Below, piece by piece: positions 7,718-17,729 of a stretch of 55,010 nucleotides of DNA. Numbering within the stretch: the stretch's first letter is position 1; each line of letters starts with the position of its first letter. Source of the stretch: Candidatus Delongbacteria bacterium (GTDB taxonomy: Bacteria; UBA4055); contig JAFGVM010000006.1 in the NCBI GenBank assembly GCA_016937995.1, positions 1-55,010 of the forward strand, written 5' to 3'. The notes under the pieces are model-generated. The model ran no database searches. It was not told the origin of the DNA and saw nothing but the letters and a program-made list of their open reading frames with translations. The position numbers were made by a program, and so were the translations under genes.

Positions 7718-10700
7718 ATGGAAGACGGCAATACGAAAAGAAAGCTTCGAGCTATAATGTTCACGGACATTGTAGGGTACACTACCTTAATGCAGCATGA
7801 TGAAACAGAAGCATTAAAGTTGCTCCAAAAACATAAAGATCTCGTAAAAGATATCGTTGAAAAATTTGGAGGTAAGATCATAAAGCACATTGGAGACGAG
7901 ATCTTAATCGAATCCGAAAGTGCTGTGATGCTTGTATATTCTGCTCAGGAGCTTCAGAAAAGACTTGCTGAAAGAAATGCATCAGTTCCAAAAAGCAGAG
8001 AACTTTGGGTTAGGATCGGTATTCATCTTGGAGATGTGATATTTCAGGATAATGATATTTTTGGAGACGGAGTAAATATTGCCGCACGTTTAAGACCTTT
8101 GGCTGAACCGGGTGGTATCTGTATTTCACATGCTGTGCTTAGATTACTCGGCAATCAGAATGAAATAAAGACGAGTTTCCTTGGATTAAAGAAGCTTAAG
8201 AACATTGATGAAAAAATAAAGGTATATAATGTACATGTAGATACATCTTATCAACCAAGTTTGAGCTCTAACAAGGTTAGACTGGGTGAATCAGATTCTA
8301 ATTTTTTTAAATATTTAGGTATCGGGCTTATCCTGGTTTTTCTGGGAGTGATAATTTATTTTACATTCATTAAGAGCAAGTATTCAGACTATGAACTGGA
8401 TTACTTTAGAGGAGATCTATTATCTGCACATGATAAAACTTCTGAGGATAAAGATCTGGATGATATCAAAGAACATTATTTTTATATTTCATCTGCTACC
8501 GGACTTCAAAGTGAAAAAATAAAAGTTTCTTATAGAGATCTACTGAAAAATAATCCAAAGTCACCTGAAGCTATTTTTTATTTAGGATTGGCATATTCGC
8601 TGTTCCCAAGTTCGATAACTCAACTGGACAGCTCTATTTACCTATTCAATCTGGCCAAAAGAAGAGGCATGTCAAATATTTATCTTGACCTGTGCCTTTT
8701 GAATGTATACAGGGAAAATGGTTCTATTCCTCTGGAGGCGAAAACTGCTTATTATGCAGCTGAAAAGTATCCTGATGAAATACTTTCACTAACCCAGACC
8801 GCTGCAACATTTTACAATCTGACCAATGACAGTGAAAAAGCAATAGATATGCTGGACAGATCCCTGGAGGCTTATTCACAAAATTATCGAGCATATTTTG
8901 AAAAAACCAAGATATTCTCTGACATGGGCAACTTTTCCAAAGCTTATGAATCTATCGACAGTACTTTAAGCATCGTTGCAGAAAATAAGGAAGTCCTTTC
9001 CTTTGCTGTTGAACTTTATAAAAGGAACAATGATGTAAAAAAGGCTGCTTCAGTGCTGAATAAATGGCCGGATCAATCGGCTGAAAAATACCTGAAATTA
9101 GCTCATTTGAGTTTATTTGAAAGTAATCCTGAAGATGCATTAAAATATGTAACTCAGGGTCTTGAAAAATATTCAAACGATATTAAACTTCAGGATTCGT
9201 ACAGATCAATTCTAAAATATTTGAATTTATCTGACTCTCTCAAACTAAGATCGAGATCTGTTGAGAATACGGTTTCATGGACATCAACTATCGATGTTGC
9301 ACGGAAAATGGCCGAGAATGAAAATAAACCTTTACTACTTTATTTCTCTGATAAAGAAAATCTTCCGTCTGTTTTCTTTGATCTTGCTTTCACTGATCCG
9401 TCACTTGTAACACTTATGAATTCAGTTGTAGCTCTTAAACTTTACAGAAATATTGATGATAAACTTGCTGAAAAGTATAACATAAACCATTATCCGTCTC
9501 TGGTGATGCTGACTGATAAAGAAGACCTTATTGATTCGTTTGAAAATAAGATCGGCAATGTTCAGGATGTTAATGTTATTAGATCTTTCCTGTCAGACGG
9601 TATCGACAAATACCGCTCAATTGTATCTTTGAAAGAACACGGAGATGATGCTCAGTACAAAACAGCTAAAGATTTTACCGATGCTGAAGATCTTGCAATT
9701 GATTTTGAATATCCTATAATGGTCATAGGGTCAGACAGTAATTCTAAACTTTCTCAAAAATTCTTAAAAGAGACCATTTTTCATCCTAGTTTTTTGTCGA
9801 ATTTCAAAGAAATGATACTTCTTACACTGGATATAAACAAGAATAAGAATTTTTTCAAAAGTTTCAGAGTTGATAAATTCCCTGCTGTTCTATTCTTTAA
9901 TCAGGATGTAAGTTTTATATCATGGAAATACGGTGTACAGCCAAAACATGTTCTAGCTAAACTGATAGAACATATAAAACTTTTCCGGGCAGGAAAAGAC
10001 TACATAAGACCAGAGATCAACTGGGTCTACGATTTTGAAGAGGCGACCCGTTTTGCAAAAGAAGGTGATCTGAATATTCTTGCTTACATTACAAATTCAG
10101 AACAGCTTGAGCCAAAAATAAATATCTTTAACGATCAGAAGATAATAAAGAAGATCAATTCTGAATTCATACCGCTTTTAACAAAAGTCGATTCTTTATC
10201 CACTGATCCGATGAACGGCTACGAATATTATCCGATGGTCACTATTATGAACCCTCAGGGTCAGATACTTTACAGAACTTCTCTTTCAGACAACTATGAT
10301 GAAACTATTACGTTTTTAAATATGAAAGATCATGAAGACATCCTTATTTCACAAGGTGCACAGGAATTTGAAGACATATTTGAGAATTTTAGCTTAGCGA
10401 TTAATTTCTCGGAAAATAAATATTTTAATTCTTCCGAAAATATATATGTGGACATTGCTATGAGATTTCCTCAGCTGTCCCACATTTATGTTCATCTTGC
10501 AGAAAGTTTTTTAAACAGAAATAAGTTGAAAAAAGCGCTTCATTACTCGTCCCAGTTAAATAATGCTGAACTTGCTCCGGATATACATGATCTCAAGATC
10601 GTAGTAAGTTCATATCTTTTAGATAACAGATTCGCAGAGCTTGAGAAGTATATGATCAATGCTAAGCTCGCTAATTTCAGAGATCCCGTGATAGTAGGAA

Positions 10701-11485
10701 TGATTTATGCGGCTTTGAGCGAAATGGAGATGGCTTTATCCAATAATTCCATCGCTATTCAGTACGCTGAAAAAGCTATTGAAAACGAAAAAACAAATGC
10801 GGAACATTACTTTCATCTTGGTAAATTGTTCTATCTGAAGAAAATGAACACAGCCGCTGCTAAACAGTTCAAAATAGCTACAATACTTGATCCTGATATG
10901 GCAAATGCATACTTTTATCTGTATCTGCTTTCAGGAGATGAAAAAGCTCTTTCAAGAGCTAAACTATTGTACCATCAGGGAAAGTATAATGAGAATACTT
11001 TCAGGTTCATTGATGAAAAATTCACTTATTCTCAAAAAGGATTTACTGATGTAATTCAGGATGAATTGAAGAACAGATTAAAACTTTTCCCAGGAAAAAT
11101 AGAATTTGAGTATGATTATGCTAAATTTCTTTCTGAGAATGATGGAAATATGACTGAAGCTCTTAACCTGATCAATAATATCCTGCAATACGATCCTAAT
11201 GATCCTGCATATAATGATACGGCTGCATGGATCTTCTATAATTTAGGTGATTATCCTGTTGCGAATAAATTGAGTACCAAAGCTTTAAGAGAGATCCCGA
11301 AAGAAAGTTATTATCTATATCCTGACTTACTTTATCATGCCGGAATTATCAAAGCATCTATAGGGGATAAAAAATCTGCGGGTGTTTTCTTTGAATCGTT
11401 CCTGGCTATTGAGAACCTGGGTGGAAAGTTCTGGAAAAAAACTCAATACGCAAAAAAATATATTAAAAAAATGAGTAATAGTTAA
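7718..11485 (+). CDS. Membrane-anchored class III adenylate cyclase with extracytoplasmic TPR repeats and three thioredoxin-like folds
   Basis: MFTDIVGYT, KHIGDE, RIGIHLGD, DIFGDGVNIAARL; one TM (YLGIGLILVFLGVIIYFTF); TPRs; three Trx-like units at about 9270-10330; C-terminal TPRs (YNDTAAW). Confidence 0.85.
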   Translation: MEDGNTKRKLRAIMFTDIVGYTTLMQHDETEALKLLQKHKDLVKDIVEKFGGKIIKHIGDEILIESESAVMLVYSAQELQKRLAERNASVPKSRELWVRIGIHLGDVIFQDNDIFGDGVNIAARLRPLAEPGGICISHAVLRLLGNQNEIKTSFLGLKKLKNIDEKIKVYNVHVDTSYQPSLSSNKVRLGESDSNFFKYLGIGLILVFLGVIIYFTFIKSKYSDYELDYFRGDLLSAHDKTSEDKDLDDIKEHYFYISSATGLQSEKIKVSYRDLLKNNPKSPEAIFYLGLAYSLFPSSITQLDSSIYLFNLAKRRGMSNIYLDLCLLNVYRENGSIPLEAKTAYYAAEKYPDEILSLTQTAATFYNLTNDSEKAIDMLDRSLEAYSQNYRAYFEKTKIFSDMGNFSKAYESIDSTLSIVAENKEVLSFAVELYKRNNDVKKAASVLNKWPDQSAEKYLKLAHLSLFESNPEDALKYVTQGLEKYSNDIKLQDSYRSILKYLNLSDSLKLRSRSVENTVSWTSTIDVARKMAENENKPLLLYFSDKENLPSVFFDLAFTDPSLVTLMNSVVALKLYRNIDDKLAEKYNINHYPSLVMLTDKEDLIDSFENKIGNVQDVNVIRSFLSDGIDKYRSIVSLKEHGDDAQYKTAKDFTDAEDLAIDFEYPIMVIGSDSNSKLSQKFLKETIFHPSFLSNFKEMILLTLDINKNKNFFKSFRVDKFPAVLFFNQDVSFISWKYGVQPKHVLAKLIEHIKLFRAGKDYIRPEINWVYDFEEATRFAKEGDLNILAYITNSEQLEPKINIFNDQKIIKKINSEFIPLLTKVDSLSTDPMNGYEYYPMVTIMNPQGQILYRTSLSDNYDETITFLNMKDHEDILISQGAQEFEDIFENFSLAINFSENKYFNSSENIYVDIAMRFPQLSHIYVHLAESFLNRNKLKKALHYSSQLNNAELAPDIHDLKIVVSSYLLDNRFAELEKYMINAKLANFRDPVIVGMIYAALSEMEMALSNNSIAIQYAEKAIENEKTNAEHYFHLGKLFYLKKMNTAAAKQFKIATILDPDMANAYFYLYLLSGDEKALSRAKLLYHQGKYNENTFRFIDEKFTYSQKGFTDVIQDELKNRLKLFPGKIEFEYDYAKFLSENDGNMTEALNLINNILQYDPNDPAYNDTAAWIFYNLGDYPVANKLSTKALREIPKESYYLYPDLLYHAGIIKASIGDKKSAGVFFESFLAIENLGGKFWKKTQYAKKYIKKMSNS

Positions 11486-11536
11486 ATAAATGAAAATTGA
11501 AAATAATATTAAATGTTTAAATAAAAGGTAACCGTT

Positions 11537-12376
11537 ATGAAGTCTTTTGTAATTTCATTTCTAACATCGATAGTAATCACTGCAGTAATGTTCGTTCTTT
11601 TTGCCACAAATACGATAAACATCTCTAAGATTTTCCCTGATAATGTATTTAATAAAGGAAATGAGGATAATATCGTTGTTTTGCCAAATATGCTAAATTT
11701 AACAGTGGATGAGGCACAGCAGGCTGTTGCCGAATTCGATGTTAAAATGATGCTTGAAGAGGAAATGACAGACAAAGTTCAGGCAGGAGTGATCATTAAA
11801 CAGTTTCCCCTTCCTGGTTTTAAAGTACTGAAAGGTGATGCTGTTAAACTTACCGTCTCCAAAAGGGATGAAGAAATAGCTGAAGAAGAGGGAGATGAAG
11901 GTGAAGATCTTTTTGATGAACCTGGAATGGATATCGTTATCGAAACAGCCATTACAATGCCTGATCTTGAAAAAATGGAATTAAATGAAGCTGTATTAAA
12001 ACTCAATGATATCGGTATTGATAACATTACTAAGGATTTTGAACCTAATGATAATATAAAAAAGGGTTTTGTGATCCAGTACTCTCCATCTTTTGGTCAG
12101 GAGATCGATAATGTGGACGGAGTCAGGTTATTGATAAGTGAAGGTCCATCAATAAAATATTCCACAGTCCCTAATCTGTACAACAAATCATTGGCTAAGG
12201 CAAAAGAAGAGATCGCCAATGCTAAATTAAAACTCGGAAAAGTTACCAAAGTAACAGACATCGATAAAGGATTTGACCGGATTATTGCCCAGTCAATTGT
12301 AAAAGGTAAAAAGGTTACCCAGGGAACTGTTATAGATATTACTTTAAATGCTGAAGCCGAAGGCGATGAATGGTAA
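11537..12376 (+). CDS. Membrane-anchored protein with three PASTA domains
   Basis: N-terminal hydrophobic helix; PASTA repeats starting LPNM, MPDL and VPNL; acidic linker; no catalytic domain. Confidence 0.88.
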   Translation: MKSFVISFLTSIVITAVMFVLFATNTINISKIFPDNVFNKGNEDNIVVLPNMLNLTVDEAQQAVAEFDVKMMLEEEMTDKVQAGVIIKQFPLPGFKVLKGDAVKLTVSKRDEEIAEEEGDEGEDLFDEPGMDIVIETAITMPDLEKMELNEAVLKLNDIGIDNITKDFEPNDNIKKGFVIQYSPSFGQEIDNVDGVRLLISEGPSIKYSTVPNLYNKSLAKAKEEIANAKLKLGKVTKVTDIDKGFDRIIAQSIVKGKKVTQGTVIDITLNAEAEGDEW

Positions 12377-12396
12377 CTTTTTAGAAATTATTCTGA

Positions 12397-12427
12397 CAGA
12401 ACAGGTTTCAAAAGAGAACCTGTTCTG
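12397..12427. terminator. Perfect 11-bp inverted repeat (terminator or REP-like)
   Basis: cagaacaggtt-tcaaaagag-aacctgttctg; weak U tract. Confidence 0.45.
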
Positions 12428-12451
12428 CCTTAACTTCTTACCTGAATTTTA

Positions 12452-14128
12452 ATGATAAACTATATTATAAAATACACCACTTTCTTTTTATTATTTTTCC
12501 ATCTCCTTGCATATTCAAAAAAATACCACTTTACCTCTTCTGATATCAAAAATATACCTGCAAGAGACATTTATGGTGTTCTGGATAAAATTGCAACACT
12601 TCATGGTCTAAGTTACGGTCACACGGGTCAGGTGTCTCAGATAAGATCATTGGGTAAAGACCTCCTGACAACTATTATTTATATAGATGATGTTCCAGTA
12701 TCTAATTTTAATTCCGGTTTAATAAATTTATCCTCTTTATCACTGGACAGGATCGATAATATCGTTATAGATGATTCCCCGGCAGGCAGTTCCTCACTTG
12801 CCATTTATATATGCACAAAAAAATATGATACAACTGTACCAGTAACAGAAATGGTTTACAGAGATGCTTTTTATAACCATAGAAATATATCAATGCACTT
12901 AGGTCAAAATTTTAATGAAGACACATCTTTTCTTCTTTATGCTGAGATAACAGATTACAGAGACCACAGAGAATCATCAGATAATTTTAAATACCCCTAT
13001 CAGAAGCAGAATTACAACTTACAGATCAATTTACCGTCCATATTCTTTTTTAAACCTGTTTTTGAAGCATCTTATTTAAAAGAGGATATTTTTGATCTTT
13101 CTTTGGACTCTGCGCAATATAAACCTGAAGAGACTAGATTTTTATTAAAACTGAATTCAGATTCAGGAGCAGATAATAAATATGTTAATACTCTTTCTTT
13201 TATTAACTCTCACAGAAATGATCATTTTGATCATGATAACAGGAATTTCAGGATCTATGACCGATTCTCTTATGATGATTCAAAGAACTCCTTCCTATTA
13301 AATTCACAGCTGGATCATTACAGCTATAGAGATCTCCGGGGTGAAACATCATTTTCATTAGAACCTTCATATCAAAGAACATTTAGTTCATTCAGTGCAT
13401 ATTTTAAAACTTTCTTTTTATACTCTGACTTTAGCAGGGAGTCCTTTTCCGCAGATATTGAGCTGGATCAAAATTTACCTTTAGGATTTGAAATTACTTC
13501 TGAACATTCCATATTCAAAGGTAATTACAGAATTCTTGATTCGGTCATAGAATCTGAATATTTCCAGAACGAAATATATCTTGGAAATAATTTTAACCTT
13601 CCCGGTATATCTGTTTCAATAAACTCAGGTATAGATATTATAGAGTATCAAAAAAATATATCTAAAACCTTTTCAGGATATCTTGCCAAAGGAGTGAACA
13701 GATTCTCAAAAAGCAAACTTGATCTTCAAATTTTCAGTGATCTTAAATTAAAAATATACTTTTCTCATAAATTCAACTCTGATATGATCCTGAATGATCC
13801 CAATTCCACAGTTGTAACATCATTGAATTTTACAAAAAAATACTTCAAGGATAATCTTGACATATCTACTACAGTTCTTCATAAATACTCTGATTTTTAC
13901 ATAGATTATAATAACAGGCAAATTATCAACAACCTCGGTTTTAATCTGCGAGTAAAGATAATTGATCTGGAGTTATTTTTCGGAATAGATAATATCATGA
14001 AGAACAAATATGATATTAATAACACAACCTACATCTTGAATGAGCATTATGGATATCAGACAATTCAAGGATACGATATGCAGAGGTTTGATGAAATCTG
14101 GGGTGTCCGTTGGATTTTTAGATATTAG
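12452..14128 (+). CDS. Outer-membrane beta-barrel with an N-terminal TonB-receptor-like plug (putative porin)
   Basis: Signal peptide; plug-like IYIDDVPV...INLSSLSLDRIDNI; amphipathic strands; C-terminal WGVRWIFRY. Confidence 0.7.
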   Translation: MINYIIKYTTFFLLFFHLLAYSKKYHFTSSDIKNIPARDIYGVLDKIATLHGLSYGHTGQVSQIRSLGKDLLTTIIYIDDVPVSNFNSGLINLSSLSLDRIDNIVIDDSPAGSSSLAIYICTKKYDTTVPVTEMVYRDAFYNHRNISMHLGQNFNEDTSFLLYAEITDYRDHRESSDNFKYPYQKQNYNLQINLPSIFFFKPVFEASYLKEDIFDLSLDSAQYKPEETRFLLKLNSDSGADNKYVNTLSFINSHRNDHFDHDNRNFRIYDRFSYDDSKNSFLLNSQLDHYSYRDLRGETSFSLEPSYQRTFSSFSAYFKTFFLYSDFSRESFSADIELDQNLPLGFEITSEHSIFKGNYRILDSVIESEYFQNEIYLGNNFNLPGISVSINSGIDIIEYQKNISKTFSGYLAKGVNRFSKSKLDLQIFSDLKLKIYFSHKFNSDMILNDPNSTVVTSLNFTKKYFKDNLDISTTVLHKYSDFYIDYNNRQIINNLGFNLRVKIIDLELFFGIDNIMKNKYDINNTTYILNEHYGYQTIQGYDMQRFDEIWGVRWIFRY

Positions 14129-14198
14129 AAGTCATATTGAGTTTATCGAAATATTGACTTTCTAAAAATACATTAGTCCGTTGGATTTTTAGATATTA
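14105..14198. mobile_element. 48-bp REP-like hairpin flanked by a perfect 23-bp direct repeat
   Basis: gtccgttggatttttagatatta at 14105-14127 and 14176-14198, enclosing gaagtcatattgagtttatcgaaatattgactttc. Confidence 0.7.
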
Positions 14199-14205
14199 AC
14201 CCCAA

Positions 14206-16467
14206 CTACTTCCGGACTATAGCTATTTTTCCGATTATCTTTTTAGTAGGATCTTCATCATTATATGCTACGATCTGATAAATACCGGAAGAAACGATCT
14301 CACCATTATTATCCCTGCCGTTCCAACCACCTGAAGTTGAAAATACACTGTTACCTGTTCCACCTTTTATCAGTTTTCCGTTAAGGCTGAATATTTTAGC
14401 GGAGTTGTATGTATTATCGGGAAAAATAAAATGAACCAATGAAGTACCGTCATTTAAAAATGGTGATGGTATTGTAGCTATTTCATCACTTTGCAGCTCT
14501 TCTTTATCCACAAGACTCTCATCTTCATAAAATGTTATCCCGTTGTAAGATGAAAATATTGCTGTCTCATTTTCTGAACTCAGTACAATATCAGTAACAG
14601 TATTATCAGGTAATGATCCGTAAACGATCTTTCCCTCCAATCTGCCGTCATCCTTATAGCTGGCCGGTACGAAATGTCTCCATTCTGTATTGTCTGAGGA
14701 TAAAACACTTACACCTTTATCTGTTGCAAACCATTTTTCATCCACATCACTAATTTCAATATCATAGATCATATTACCGACCGGTCCTTCTACGATACTA
14801 CTGATATTATATGATTCAAGGTCAGATGGTCTGTCAATATCAAGATAATTAAGATCAATGTATTTTATTCCTGCATTGGTTCCGATCCATACAAAATTAT
14901 TTTTATCCTGGTTGATTGAGATAATCCCGCCTAATCCTGTAAAATTTTTTATATCGAGTGAATCTCCCAAAATCCTTCCAACTGTTAGACCGTCCCTTTC
15001 ATTAAACTGCTCGGACGAGCTGCCTATCCATAGCCAGTTACGGTTATCCACAAAAATTTCGAACGGGCTTGGAGGTACACCATCTGTAATTGAGTACTTA
15101 TAAGGAGTTATTGTGCCATTTGTACTGATCTTAACGATAGTTGAATCCAGGTCTGTGTTATAATAATTTGTGAACCATAGATCTCCGTTATTATCTTTAC
15201 AAACCCCGGGATGTGTTGGATATTTGGCAAATAACGGACCGTTGAATATATATCTCTGATCAAAATCATATCCGTCCGTTTCTTTTGAAAATTTTGCTAC
15301 ACCTGTTGTCCAGGTACATATATATACATTTCCGTTGTTATCTTCAATAAAATTCTTTGCCTGCCAGATCCTTGATTCTGTATAATACTCGTCATTGAAT
15401 TCCTCATAAATCATATCAAAACTTCTAAATCCGAATGATGTAAGATACTGCAGTTTATTATCCTGAGTTACAATAATTTTTTTGATCCCTTTTTCTGCAG
15501 GTAAATTAAATTCTTGATCTGTTGGAATTCCGCCTGTAATTGCAGTAAATGAGAAACCTGATCTGGATGTATAGTATATTATGTCATTCTCTATATAAAA
15601 TCTCTCTGCGATCTGATCGGTGGTCCGGTAGATCTCATCCGGTGCCGAAAGTAGAGATATGTCAGATTTGTAAATTATCTGATCGGTTGAGTTCTGTAAA
15701 TAATAAAATTCATTGTTGTATATCTGCCCCCACATAATATCCAAACTATCAGCGAGTGTTTCTTTAACGACCGAACTTCCATCTATTGTGTAAATACCGT
15801 TTGTTGTTAGAGCTACAACGACATTGCCTATCTCTAAAAATTTATTAATATGAGTTGATGCATCAAACCCTGAGACAAGGCTCCAGTTATTCATATAACT
15901 AATGTTCGTACTTTCTTCCTGGATCATGTAAACTCCGGTATCAGTTGCAATATAAATATATTCATCCCCACCTGAACCGGATACGATCACATCAGATACA
16001 TTTCCAGTCATTAAATTGCTGTCAGTTACAATGTATTTTTCAAATGCATCATTATATGTATACCTTACAAGAAGCTTGTCACCTGCAACATATATATAAT
16101 TTTGTGAGGAATACAACCTGTTGAGAAAGTATGTTCCATATTCTTCTATATCACTAAGAGCCCCGATACCACGACCATTCTGATCGAACAGTGAAATAGT
16201 ACAGTCTGAATGTCCTGCCCATACCACGTTCTTAAAATCAACACAGACAGTTGTAGTATTTATTTTAAAAAGCCCATTGTCAGTATCATATATATTGCTC
16301 TCTGATCCATCATATTCTATAAGTCCTCCATCAGTTGCAACATAGATCATATTATTTGCGGATATAATATCATTTCCTCTTGATATTGAGCAATATGTAC
16401 TCCAGTCTCCGATCTTTGCCTGTAATAAAAATACTCCTACCAAAATTCCTATTATTGATGCTCTCAT
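14206..16467 (-). CDS. PorZ-like two-beta-propeller protein with a C-terminal T9SS/FlgD-Ig-type domain
   Basis: KIGDWSTY start; IYVATDGGL; propeller blades (WIGT, KWFAT); C-terminal PSPF...KIFSLNGKLI...WNGRDNNGEIVSSGIY...KIAIVRK. Confidence 0.75.
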   Translation of the reverse strand: MRASIIGILVGVFLLQAKIGDWSTYCSISRGNDIISANNMIYVATDGGLIEYDGSESNIYDTDNGLFKINTTTVCVDFKNVVWAGHSDCTISLFDQNGRGIGALSDIEEYGTYFLNRLYSSQNYIYVAGDKLLVRYTYNDAFEKYIVTDSNLMTGNVSDVIVSGSGGDEYIYIATDTGVYMIQEESTNISYMNNWSLVSGFDASTHINKFLEIGNVVVALTTNGIYTIDGSSVVKETLADSLDIMWGQIYNNEFYYLQNSTDQIIYKSDISLLSAPDEIYRTTDQIAERFYIENDIIYYTSRSGFSFTAITGGIPTDQEFNLPAEKGIKKIIVTQDNKLQYLTSFGFRSFDMIYEEFNDEYYTESRIWQAKNFIEDNNGNVYICTWTTGVAKFSKETDGYDFDQRYIFNGPLFAKYPTHPGVCKDNNGDLWFTNYYNTDLDSTIVKISTNGTITPYKYSITDGVPPSPFEIFVDNRNWLWIGSSSEQFNERDGLTVGRILGDSLDIKNFTGLGGIISINQDKNNFVWIGTNAGIKYIDLNYLDIDRPSDLESYNISSIVEGPVGNMIYDIEISDVDEKWFATDKGVSVLSSDNTEWRHFVPASYKDDGRLEGKIVYGSLPDNTVTDIVLSSENETAIFSSYNGITFYEDESLVDKEELQSDEIATIPSPFLNDGTSLVHFIFPDNTYNSAKIFSLNGKLIKGGTGNSVFSTSGGWNGRDNNGEIVSSGIYQIVAYNDEDPTKKIIGKIAIVRK

Positions 16468-16471
16468 ATTA

Positions 16472-17728
16472 TTATAACTCCGGTAAATTTATTATTACGT
16501 TCTGTATCATGTTCTTTTTGGATCTGGCTATCTTGAATTTTAAATCATTAATTACAAATTCTTCACCTTCTTCAGGTATCCTCTGAAGGTAATTTATCAA
16601 ATATCCGTTGACAGTTTCATATTCTTCATCCACCAAATTCTCATCCAAATGCGTTAAGTTCTTAAACATGTTATTCAGGTCATCTGTTCCCGCATCCCCG
16701 TTAACGATCAAAATTTTTTGCTCTTCTCTATAGATTATTCCTCTGTTCGTGATCTCATTATCATGTATATCATCAACTTTACCGACAATAGATTCTAAAA
16801 TATCATGCATGGTTACGACTCCGGTACAGCCTCCGAATTCATCAATAGCTACTGCGATTGATGTTTTATCTTTTTTAAAGGTTTTAAACAAAGACAGTAC
16901 ACTGACATTTTCAGGTACAAATAAGATGGGTTTCATTTTTTCTTCTATGGAGTTTATCTTATTTAAGGTGTCATTTACAAAAATAACTCCTTTAATATCA
17001 TCTAGATCTTTGTCGAAAACGATTATCTTTGAAAGAGATGTGATCTTGATTAATTTATTTAATCTGTACACAGGACTGGATATGTCCACTCCGAATATAC
17101 TTTTCCTGTGTGTCATTATTTCTTTTATTTTAATCTCATTAAGTTCCATTATCCTTCTTATTATTATCACGTCCTTTCGATCAACGGTATCATGCTTTAT
17201 TGCATGCTCCATTATATTGCTGATATCCAGCTTGGTTACCAACAACATTTCATCATCAGTTATTTGCAGTTTCATTAATTTCATAATAAATCTGCTTAAC
17301 TTCCCTGTTAGGACATTAAGAGGTGATAAAATAAATCTGAAAAACAAAAAAGGTATTATTACAAAAAATACCATACTGTCAGCTGATTTTTTAGAAATTA
17401 TCTTAGGTATTACTTCCGCAAAAATCACTATTGCTATGGATTCGTAGAGAACTACTTCGAACTGAGAAAAAGATCTTATCTTAAACATCAATAATAAATA
17501 TGTTAATGAGGATGCAAAAGCCACACTTGCCAAATTAGTACCTACAAGTGTCGGCACTAAAAATTTATCAGGATCTATCATCAGGCTTTCTATTTTACTA
17601 GCGAACGGTTTCCCTGATCTTTTCCATAAACGTATCTTTACCCTATGGGCCGCTGAAAATGCAATCTCTGCCGCACAAAAAAAGGCGATCAATAAAAAAG
17701 AAGTGATCAAGACTATGATTAGTCCCAT
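16472..17728 (-). CDS. Hemolysin/CNNM (DUF21-CBS-CorC) membrane protein
   Basis: FFCAAEIAF, FAEVIPK, CBS pair with IDEFGGCTG, CorC-like YETVNG. Confidence 0.9.
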   Translation of the reverse strand: MGLIIVLITSFLLIAFFCAAEIAFSAAHRVKIRLWKRSGKPFASKIESLMIDPDKFLVPTLVGTNLASVAFASSLTYLLLMFKIRSFSQFEVVLYESIAIVIFAEVIPKIISKKSADSMVFFVIIPFLFFRFILSPLNVLTGKLSRFIMKLMKLQITDDEMLLVTKLDISNIMEHAIKHDTVDRKDVIIIRRIMELNEIKIKEIMTHRKSIFGVDISSPVYRLNKLIKITSLSKIIVFDKDLDDIKGVIFVNDTLNKINSIEEKMKPILFVPENVSVLSLFKTFKKDKTSIAVAIDEFGGCTGVVTMHDILESIVGKVDDIHDNEITNRGIIYREEQKILIVNGDAGTDDLNNMFKNLTHLDENLVDEEYETVNGYLINYLQRIPEEGEEFVINDLKFKIARSKKNMIQNVIINLPEL

Positions 17729-17729
17729 T

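Noticed and set aside
14105-14198. Mini CRISPR array (23-bp repeat, 48-bp spacer)
   Set aside because: Only two repeats, one of which is coding sequence; the spacer is itself a repeat-family hairpin; no cas genes.
16749-17447. Long antisense or shadow ORFs (e.g. 16749-17447, 49208-50106, 849-1250, 27888-28328)
   Set aside because: They lie opposite well-conserved genes and have no recognisable motifs; expected shadows of codon bias.
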